DNA of 64,000 nucleotides from an uncultured Eubacteriales bacterium (GTDB lineage Bacteria; Bacillota_I; Bacilli_A; RF39; UBA660): NCBI GenBank assembly GCA_963536495.1, contig CAUTAF010000003.1, positions 6,582 to 70,581 of the forward strand, read 5' to 3'. Shown piece by piece: positions 57,062 to 64,000 of this stretch (position 1 is its first letter; each line of letters starts with the position of its first letter). The notes under the pieces were generated by a model. It saw only the letters and a program-made list of their open reading frames with translations, ran no database searches and was not told where the DNA came from. The position numbers and the translations under genes were made by a program.

Positions 57062-58444
57062 ATGAAAAAGAGAAAAATAGAAATTATAATTTTAATATTT
57101 TTTATTAGCTTTATCACTCTACTTATAAGTTATTTATTAGTACCTGAAATAAAATTAATTGGTCAAGATAAAGAAATTATAGAACTTAATAAAAAATATT
57201 ATGATTTAGGAGCTAAAATAAAAGATAAATATATTAATTATACAAGTAATAATTTAGATATTTCTAAAGTTGGTAATTATAAAATCACCTATTCTACTAA
57301 ATTTTTGTTTTTTACAATAAAAAAAGATAGAAATATAGAAGTAGTTAATAAAAAACTAGGAAGTATAGAAGTAAAATATAATCAAAAATTAACTTGTAAA
57401 GGTAAAGAATTTAAAGAAGAAAGTGTTTTATATAAAGATCCAAATGGTAAAGAAATAAAAAAAGATATTAAAAAAGTCATAAAAGATAATAAAGTTATTT
57501 ATTATTTATATGATAATAATTATAGAGTTAACAAAGCTATAGATATAAATAAAGAAGATAAAACTCAACCTACTTTATCTTTAATTGGTAATAATAAAGT
57601 AAATGTTTTAATTGGTAATTCTTATCAAGAAGAAGGTGTAAACGTTAGTGATAACTGTGATGATTTAGGAAAAGATGATGTAAAAATATCTAGTAATCTA
57701 GATACTTCTAAAGAAGGTGAATATGTTATTAGTTATAGTGTAAAAGATAAATCTAATAACGAAACTACTATTAAAAGAACAGTTCTTGTAACTAAAGAAG
57801 AAATAAATCAAGAAAAATTAAAAAAAGGTGTTATATACTTAACTTTTGATGATGGACCAGATAGTATTCATACTCCTAAAGTTTTAGATATATTAAAAGA
57901 AGAAAATATAAAAGCAGCGTTCTTTATTACATGTAACGGACCAGATAATATGGTAAAAAGAACATTTGATGAAGGTCATGCACTTCATATGCATACATGT
58001 ACACATAACTACGCTACTGTATATAGTAGTTTTGAAAACTATTTAAGTGATTTAAAGAAAGTTGAAGATAGAATTTATAGAATTACTAATCAAAAATCTA
58101 GAATAATTAGATTTCCTGGTGGAACATCAAACACTATATCAAGACATTATTCTAGAGGAATTATGTCAAGAATAGTTAAATATGTTAATAGTAATAATTA
58201 TTTATATTGTGATTGGAACTTATCTTCCGGAGATGCTGGAGAAGCTAAAAACTCTAATCAAGTATATAATAATGTTACAAGAAACTTATCTAAAGAAAGA
58301 CATAATGTCGTATTATTTCACGATATAAAACAAATGACAGTTGATGCTTTAAGAGCAATTATAAAATTTGCAAAAGAAAATAATTATACATTTGAAAGAT
58401 TAGATGAAAATTCTCCTCTTGTTCATCACAGAGTAAATAATTAA
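57062..58444 (+). CDS. Membrane-anchored polysaccharide deacetylase (NodB/CE4 domain) with N-terminal Ig-like repeats
   Basis: N-terminal TM. Two repeated roughly 70-aa modules (…KVGNYKITYS… / …KEGEYVISYS…). VIYLTFDDGPDSIHTPKVLDILKE (CE4 motif 1) and HDIKQ. Confidence 0.75.
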   Translation: MKKRKIEIIILIFFISFITLLISYLLVPEIKLIGQDKEIIELNKKYYDLGAKIKDKYINYTSNNLDISKVGNYKITYSTKFLFFTIKKDRNIEVVNKKLGSIEVKYNQKLTCKGKEFKEESVLYKDPNGKEIKKDIKKVIKDNKVIYYLYDNNYRVNKAIDINKEDKTQPTLSLIGNNKVNVLIGNSYQEEGVNVSDNCDDLGKDDVKISSNLDTSKEGEYVISYSVKDKSNNETTIKRTVLVTKEEINQEKLKKGVIYLTFDDGPDSIHTPKVLDILKEENIKAAFFITCNGPDNMVKRTFDEGHALHMHTCTHNYATVYSSFENYLSDLKKVEDRIYRITNQKSRIIRFPGGTSNTISRHYSRGIMSRIVKYVNSNNYLYCDWNLSSGDAGEAKNSNQVYNNVTRNLSKERHNVVLFHDIKQMTVDALRAIIKFAKENNYTFERLDENSPLVHHRVNN

Positions 58445-58446
58445 AT

Positions 58447-58472
58447 AAAACTTCGGTTAATCCGAAGTTTTT
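58447..58472 (+). terminator. Bidirectional intrinsic terminator between convergent genes
   Basis: aaaacttcgg-ttaat-ccgaagtttt, the most GC-containing hairpin in the window. Overlaps the stop of the minus-strand gene. Confidence 0.75.
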
Positions 58473-58837
58473 ATATTATCTTTTATTAATTCTTTAACAA
58501 TGGCATTATATGTTCTAATAAGAGGTCCTATACCAAGTTTTACACCTCCAAAATATCTAATTATAACTATTAAATAATTATTTAAATTATTCTTATCCAT
58601 TAATGATAAAGTAGTATCTCCCCCTGCTCCTACTATCTCTTTATCATTATTTACCTTTACTTCTTTATTAACTTTATAAACATATATATAATGAGTAGCT
58701 TTTTTATATTCTAATTTTAATTTTTTTATTATTTCATCTGTTCTTTCTATATTGTTTAACGGATAGATAAAACCATAAAATCTTGATTTTTTAACTGTTA
58801 AACTATACATTCTCATCTCTTTTATTTCTTTTTCCAT
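58457..58837 (-). CDS. IMPACT/YigZ (UPF0029) family N-domain protein
   Basis: VKKSRFYGFIYP ... IRYFGGVKLGIGPLIRTY. 126 aa, shorter than full-length YigZ. Confidence 0.55.
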   Translation of the reverse strand: MEKEIKEMRMYSLTVKKSRFYGFIYPLNNIERTDEIIKKLKLEYKKATHYIYVYKVNKEVKVNNDKEIVGAGGDTTLSLMDKNNLNNYLIVIIRYFGGVKLGIGPLIRTYNAIVKELIKDNIKTSD

Positions 58838-58884
58838 AGCTAAATTATAACACAGCTATGTTATAATTAAAATTGAGGTAAAAT

Positions 58885-59790
58885 ATGATAAAAATATTAA
58901 AATATATACAAAAAACTCTTATATTGATAGGTATATTATCAATATTCTCTACTATTGTTATACTAAATAAATTTACAATAATAAAACTTATAAATAAGTT
59001 TACATTTGGTAATAATACAGAAATTATAAATAATAAATATTCTAAAAATACTAAATATAATTATGTAAATAATACCACTAATTTAATTCCTAAAAATAAG
59101 GAAGAATTATTAAATATATATTATAGTTTTATAAATAGTGGTATGGAAAAAATAAACTTTACTTGTGATAACAGTTATGTAGATTGTTTAAAAGATTTAG
59201 ATAAAATCTCTAGAGATCAACACACTTTATCAGCATTAAATTCATTTGTTCATCCATATAATAGTTTTAACGAATTAAAAACTTCATCTAATCTACTTGG
59301 TAATGTTACTTTAATATCTAAAAAAACTTATACTCAAAGTGAAATATATAGATTAAATGAAGAAATAAAGAAAATAGATGAAGAAGTTATTAAAGGAGAA
59401 AAAGATCCCAAAAAGATAATAACTTTACTTCATGATTATATAATAGATCACACTCATTATGATGAAAAAGAAAATACTAAATTTAAAGTAAACACTGCTT
59501 ATGGTTCTTTAATACAAGGTAAAGCTTTATGTGGAGGTTATACTGATGCATTAGCACTTTTCTTAGATTATTATAAAATACCTAATTTTAAAGTTACATC
59601 TGAGGAACATACTTGGAATGCAGTAAAAATAAATGATAAGTGGTATCACGTTGACTTAACTTGGGATGATCCAGTAGTACCTATTCCAAGAATATTCAAT
59701 AATTATTTATTTTTAACAACAGAAGAACTATTTAAAAAAGATGATAAACAACACAATTTTGATAAAGCTATTTATAGCGAAGTAAAATAA
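58885..59790 (+). CDS. Membrane-anchored transglutaminase-like cysteine protease domain protein
   Basis: N-terminal TM. GKALCGGYTDALALFLDYY (Cys), HTWNAVKINDKWYHVDLTWDD (His/Asp). Confidence 0.7.
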   Translation: MIKILKYIQKTLILIGILSIFSTIVILNKFTIIKLINKFTFGNNTEIINNKYSKNTKYNYVNNTTNLIPKNKEELLNIYYSFINSGMEKINFTCDNSYVDCLKDLDKISRDQHTLSALNSFVHPYNSFNELKTSSNLLGNVTLISKKTYTQSEIYRLNEEIKKIDEEVIKGEKDPKKIITLLHDYIIDHTHYDEKENTKFKVNTAYGSLIQGKALCGGYTDALALFLDYYKIPNFKVTSEEHTWNAVKINDKWYHVDLTWDDPVVPIPRIFNNYLFLTTEELFKKDDKQHNFDKAIYSEVK

Positions 59791-59799
59791 AAAGTATAC

Positions 59800-62700
59800 T
59801 TAATTTTTAAAGTATACTTTTTTCTTTTTCTTAAATACTAGATAACTAATAAATATGATTAATAGTATTACTAAACTATATGTCTTTATTCCAGTATTTG
59901 GATTAGTTATTCTTTTCTCTTTATCTAATAAATCATCTATTCTTTTTATCATATTAAACATATCTTCTTTTAATATAAAATCTTTATCATATAAGTCTTT
60001 TGCTTCTTTTAATAATGTATTACATGCTTCACTCTTACATAACTTATCACTAATAGCTTTTTCTAATTCTTCTATTTTCTTTTTAAGTTCTTCTTTATCA
60101 GTTACAATCTTTTCTCTTAAATCTTTTATCTCTTTAGTAATTTTATCTACTTCTTCTTGAGTTGAAGTATTTCTATCTAAGTCTTTAGCTTCTTTTATCT
60201 TATCTATTAATTCTTTATATGAATTATCTACTTCTTTATTTATTTCTTTATCTAACTCTTCAAAGTTAGCTTTATCTCTTAGTTTATTTATTTCTTTTTT
60301 GATATCATTTATTTCTTTTTTAGTTTTTTCTATTAGTTTTAATAATTCAGTATCACTAGTAGTTGCAGAATAAGACCCTTTTATATTATCTTTTTCTGTT
60401 ACTTTACCAGGTAAATAGTTATTCTTAAGATTATCAACATCTAGTTTATTTTTAGTATCAAACGGATTTACTTTAGTATCTTCTATTAGTTTTTCTAACT
60501 GTTTAACAAGATTATCTAACTCATCTTTTTTACTCATATCAGGTAATGAATCTTTATTATATGGATCACTTCCTCTTGCTATTTCAACTGCATTAGAAAA
60601 TCCATCTCCATCTTTATCATCATCATCTTTATCTGGTATTCCGTCTTTATCAGTATCTCTTAAAAGTTTTATAGAAATATTTTTATTAAATGTATAAATA
60701 TTACCTTTTTCTTTATAAGTTATATTAAATATATGTTCTTCTTCAGTACCTGTAAACAAATAATCTATTACTCCAGTTACACTATTTGAATTATAAGTTA
60801 ATCCATTTGCTTTATTTAAATATTCATAACTTACTAAATTATCTCTTACTGTTTTTATAAAGTTAGTATTATCTACATTATCTTCTTTAGCATAACTTCT
60901 TGTTATATTTATATTAAGTGGTTTCTTCTCTATTACTTCTAATGTTTCTGGAGTTACTGTTACTGTTGGTAATATATCTTCTTTTTCATATACTTTAACT
61001 GGTATATCTATTTCTTTAAATGTATCATCACTAAATGTAATTCTTACCTTAATAGTTTTATCCCCTTTTTCAGTAAATGTATTTGATGATAATATTTCAA
61101 AGTTCTTAATATTAGCTGGTAAATTAGTTATCATTTCTTTTAATTTATTCACTGGTATTTTTTCATTTATTAAAGGTGTATAGTTTCCTTGATCAAATAC
61201 GGGATTAAAGCTATCTTCTTCTCCTGCTTCTACCGTAACAAAATAAAACCAATAAAAATAATGCCAATTATTTGATATATTATGATAAGTTCCGGTAACA
61301 TCATATCTAAAGCTTCCAGTTTCATTAAACACATAAGTTTCACCATCTCTTTTAACATTAGATTTATCATGTGATGGCCACATAACAAAACCTCTAAATT
61401 TATCTGTCAAATAAATTTCTTTGTCATTAAAATATAGTTTTGGTATTGTTACATATGAATTTTTTTTGACTGTTAGAGATATATATTCTTCCCCAATTAT
61501 ACGATTACTATTAAAATCTTCTTCAAAATAACTTGGAATTTTTATATTAGTTAAATAATTTGAATTTAATACAATAAGTTTTAAATTAGGAAATTTACTA
61601 AGATCTAATTTAGGAGTTTGCAAGGTGTTTCTACTTAAACGTAGTTCTTCTAATCTAATATTTTTTTCTATATTAATTTTTTTTATTTTTCTATCACAAA
61701 TAATAACTTTGGTTAATTTTAAATTATTAGTAAAATCCCAATTTTCAAAATTTCTTTCTCCTATCATATTTTCACTAGAAATTTCAAATATTCTTAAATT
61801 TATATTATTTTTTAAATCTATAGCATTTTCTAATTTTGTATCTATTAAATTTAAATCAGTTAAATTTATCAAATTACTAATATCTATTGATCTTATGGGA
61901 TTTTCAGATAATGATAAAGTTTGAATATTTATAGATGTACTTAAATCAATATTTGATATTTTATTTTTTGATAAAACAACTTTTTTTATTGATGCAGGTA
62001 AAGTTATATTCGATATTTTATTATCATTTAAATTTAATTCTTCTATTCCTTCATGTAACGTTATATTTTCAATATTATTTTCTTTTGCTTCTAATGTTTT
62101 CACACTAGCAGGTACAACAAGACTTGTAAGTTTATTATCATTTAAATAAACAGTTTCTACTCCTTCTGGTAATGTTATAGATGGAAGAAGGTTATCATTT
62201 AAATATAATGTTTTTACTTTAAGAGCACTTGGTATTGTTATATCAGTTATTTTATTGTTATATAACCAAATATATTCAAAAGTATTTGCTGGAAAAGTTA
62301 TATTTTTAATTTCACCTTCATACATAGATACATAAGTTAAATTATTAAAATCTGATAAATCTATATTTTCTTGAGTAACTCCTTTTATCAAAATTCTTTT
62401 TAAATTTATTAAATATTCTATACCTTGTAAATTAGCAACATTTTCTTTTGCAGATAAAGATAATAAATCCTGTATTTTATCTAAATCTACTTTAGATAAT
62501 TGTTCTTCTTCTTTTACTTTTAAATCATCTACTGTTATAGTTGGTGTGTGAGACAATAAACTACCAGCATCATATCCCTCAGTGCTATAATTATAGTAAT
62601 AACTTGTAAAAATAATACCATCACACTTATTTCTCATGATACAAAGAAGAACTCCTCTTCTTAAGTTTTCATCTGGAAATGCTTGTTTATATGTTACATT

Positions 62701-62817
62701 ATAATTTAATTCTTTTAATTTTTTATATTTTATTTTAGGTTTTTTAGTTAATACAAAAAAAGATGTTATTAACATTAATAACACTACAATAATAATTAAT
62801 AACTTTTTCTTTTTCAT
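59800..62817 (-). CDS. Leucine-rich-repeat (internalin-like) surface protein with a thrombospondin type-3 Ca-binding repeat and a C-terminal TM anchor
   Basis: Signal/anchor LLIIIVVLLMLITSFFVL. About 12 LRR units of roughly 22 aa (LxxLxLxxNxIxxI). DTDKDGIPDKDDDDKDGDGFSNAVE. A coiled-coil stalk. C-terminal YSLVILLIIFISYLVFKKKKK. Confidence 0.75.
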   Translation of the reverse strand: MKKKKLLIIIVVLLMLITSFFVLTKKPKIKYKKLKELNYNVTYKQAFPDENLRRGVLLCIMRNKCDGIIFTSYYYNYSTEGYDAGSLLSHTPTITVDDLKVKEEEQLSKVDLDKIQDLLSLSAKENVANLQGIEYLINLKRILIKGVTQENIDLSDFNNLTYVSMYEGEIKNITFPANTFEYIWLYNNKITDITIPSALKVKTLYLNDNLLPSITLPEGVETVYLNDNKLTSLVVPASVKTLEAKENNIENITLHEGIEELNLNDNKISNITLPASIKKVVLSKNKISNIDLSTSINIQTLSLSENPIRSIDISNLINLTDLNLIDTKLENAIDLKNNINLRIFEISSENMIGERNFENWDFTNNLKLTKVIICDRKIKKINIEKNIRLEELRLSRNTLQTPKLDLSKFPNLKLIVLNSNYLTNIKIPSYFEEDFNSNRIIGEEYISLTVKKNSYVTIPKLYFNDKEIYLTDKFRGFVMWPSHDKSNVKRDGETYVFNETGSFRYDVTGTYHNISNNWHYFYWFYFVTVEAGEEDSFNPVFDQGNYTPLINEKIPVNKLKEMITNLPANIKNFEILSSNTFTEKGDKTIKVRITFSDDTFKEIDIPVKVYEKEDILPTVTVTPETLEVIEKKPLNINITRSYAKEDNVDNTNFIKTVRDNLVSYEYLNKANGLTYNSNSVTGVIDYLFTGTEEEHIFNITYKEKGNIYTFNKNISIKLLRDTDKDGIPDKDDDDKDGDGFSNAVEIARGSDPYNKDSLPDMSKKDELDNLVKQLEKLIEDTKVNPFDTKNKLDVDNLKNNYLPGKVTEKDNIKGSYSATTSDTELLKLIEKTKKEINDIKKEINKLRDKANFEELDKEINKEVDNSYKELIDKIKEAKDLDRNTSTQEEVDKITKEIKDLREKIVTDKEELKKKIEELEKAISDKLCKSEACNTLLKEAKDLYDKDFILKEDMFNMIKRIDDLLDKEKRITNPNTGIKTYSLVILLIIFISYLVFKKKKKVYFKN

Positions 62818-62838
62818 AACGACCTCTATTATCTATAT

Positions 62839-62857
62839 TATATATATATATATATAT
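62839..62857. repeat. (TA)9-10 dinucleotide tract in the promoter of the LRR surface-protein gene
   Basis: tatatatatatatatatat lies between a TTGCAT -35-like hexamer (revcomp 62856-62861) and the RBS/ATG at 62817. Confidence 0.85.
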
Positions 62858-62867
62858 GCAAGATGCA

Positions 62868-62898
62868 AGAAAAAGATAAAGTTAATTTTTAACTTTAT
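62868..62898 (-). terminator. Intrinsic terminator after the helical-repeat gene
   Basis: aagataaagttaa-ttt-ttaactttatctt: a perfect 13-bp inverted repeat with a T-run. Confidence 0.65.
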
Positions 62899-62899
62899 C

Positions 62900-64000
62900 T
62901 TATAGATTTTTTCTTTTTTGTATTGATTTAAAATTTTTATTAGTCATAGTAACAATATTATTTATTTTATTATCTTTTAGATAATCTAAATCATTATCTA
63001 TTAAATAATTTATTCTTTCTTTTAATATATTTATATTTAATGTAAATACACCTTCATTACTTGGTAAAACACCTAATAAACCTTTTGAACTCATATAATC
63101 AAACACTTCTTTTATTCTATTTAAATTTTTAGTTACAATAGCAGGTGTTATATATTTTTCACCATAATTTTCTTTAATATAAGAATAATTTTCTTTTAAT
63201 TCTTCTTCTTTTATTCTTAATAAATCATTATTTAATTTTAAAGAATATTTTTTTAAAAACTCTATTCTTGTTTTTAAATAATCTTCACTTTTACTGTACA
63301 TTAGAGATGTTATTTCAATATTATTATCTTTTAATAATTTAGTTATATTTTTAACAACATCATTAGATTTTAAATACATAGTAGAATATATATCTATTTC
63401 TTCTTTCTTTGAAAACTCTATTAAATCTATAAGTTCTTCTGCTTTCTTTTCAAAAATAGTAGAATTTAATACTAAATTATTTTCTTTTGCTATAGTTAAT
63501 ATTTTCTTTATTTCTTCCTCTTTCTTAGACATAATTGATGAAGATAACGGTATATTTTCTTTTTCTGTTAAATTTATTATAGATTTTAAGACATCTATTT
63601 TCTTTTCAAAATAAGCATCTTTTATTGCAATATTTTTTTCTTTTAATAATTTAATTATTTCAATTACTTCATTATTATTTTTATTAAACATAGCAGGTAA
63701 CAAAGAAATATTTTCTTCTTTTAAAACTTTAATTAAGTTTTCAAAATCTTTGGAACTTTTTCTTAAAAAATATTTTTTAAATTCAATATTTTCTTTTTTA
63801 CATATATCTTTTATTTCTTTTATTTTTTCTACATTTGCATAGAAAATATCAGATGTTAAAAATATATTTTCTTTTTTTGATAATTCTATTAAATCTGATA
63901 AATGTTCTTTATTTAAATGAAAAATACTAGCTCTTATTTCAAAATTATTTATTTTTGCTTCATATAAAATTTCTTCTAATTCTTTTGAATTTTTTAAAAA
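62900..64000 (-). CDS. Helical-repeat protein (about 35-aa K/E/I-rich repeats), 5'-truncated by the window edge
   Basis: The frame stays open from 62900 to 64000. The track's start is an internal TTG. Repeats run ...KENIPLSSSIMSKKEEEIKKILTIAKENNLVLNSTIFEKKAEELIDLIEFSKKEEIDIYST... Confidence 0.5.
   Translation of the reverse strand, partial: FLKNSKELEEILYEAKINNFEIRASIFHLNKEHLSDLIELSKKENIFLTSDIFYANVEKIKEIKDICKKENIEFKKYFLRKSSKDFENLIKVLKEENISLLPAMFNKNNNEVIEIIKLLKEKNIAIKDAYFEKKIDVLKSIINLTEKENIPLSSSIMSKKEEEIKKILTIAKENNLVLNSTIFEKKAEELIDLIEFSKKEEIDIYSTMYLKSNDVVKNITKLLKDNNIEITSLMYSKSEDYLKTRIEFLKKYSLKLNNDLLRIKEEELKENYSYIKENYGEKYITPAIVTKNLNRIKEVFDYMSSKGLLGVLPSNEGVFTLNINILKERINYLIDNDLDYLKDNKINNIVTMTNKNFKSIQKRKNL

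Noticed and set aside
59855-61924. Plus-strand ORFs at 59855-60160 and 61625-61924 inside the LRR gene
   Set aside because: They are antisense and S/F/I-rich low complexity.
1-64000. CRISPR arrays, restriction-modification, toxin-antitoxin or other defence loci
   Set aside because: I found no regularly spaced direct repeats and no Cas-like, methyltransferase or nuclease-like ORFs. The window is dominated by core metabolism and envelope genes.

Overview
This is a 64 kb stretch of a very AT-rich bacterial chromosome, roughly a quarter G+C by eye (not computed). It uses the standard genetic code, since UGA behaves as a stop and the ORFs are long and uninterrupted. Gene content and regulatory style point to a low-GC Gram-positive (Firmicutes-like) organism. 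The evidence is T-box leaders on aminoacyl-tRNA synthetase genes, a hisS-aspS operon, YlbM/TmcAL next to rpmF, and YneF, DUF1292 and YutD-like small proteins. About 60 of roughly 66 protein genes and 7 of 8 tRNAs lie on the minus strand, with short gaps or 4-nt overlaps between them.

The content is mostly housekeeping:
- Five aminoacyl-tRNA synthetases (valS, aspS, hisS, serS, ileS), three of them behind T-box leaders.
- pyk, tkt, gpmA, pnp, rpsO, rpmF, tdk, uppS, mraY, mscL, alr, and a CBS-domain family II pyrophosphatase.
- Eight tRNA genes, six of them in one array.
- A long co-directional envelope block: GtrA, a GT2 glycosyltransferase, a YfhO-like protein, a PIG-L deacetylase and a PrsW-like protease, among many membrane hypotheticals.

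The non-routine observations are:
1. A single C39-like peptidase gene sits between the valS 3' end and tRNA-Leu(CAA), flanked by 76-bp direct repeats that duplicate the valS terminus.
2. A two-gene unit bounded by terminators encodes an unrecognisable 1340-aa cytoplasmic protein and a small polytopic membrane protein.
3. A (TA)9-10 tract lies in the promoter of a 1005-aa LRR/TSP3 surface protein.
4. A 9-bp in-frame simple repeat makes an (EEK)n tail on a small ferredoxin.
5. There is a His-rich permease pair and an orphan WXG100-like gene, each discussed below.
6. A 664-aa acidic protein with an internal repeat sits upstream of a membrane-anchored glucosaminidase and mraY.
7. A helical-repeat protein runs off the right edge of the window.

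No CRISPR array, IS element, integrase or prophage genes are visible.
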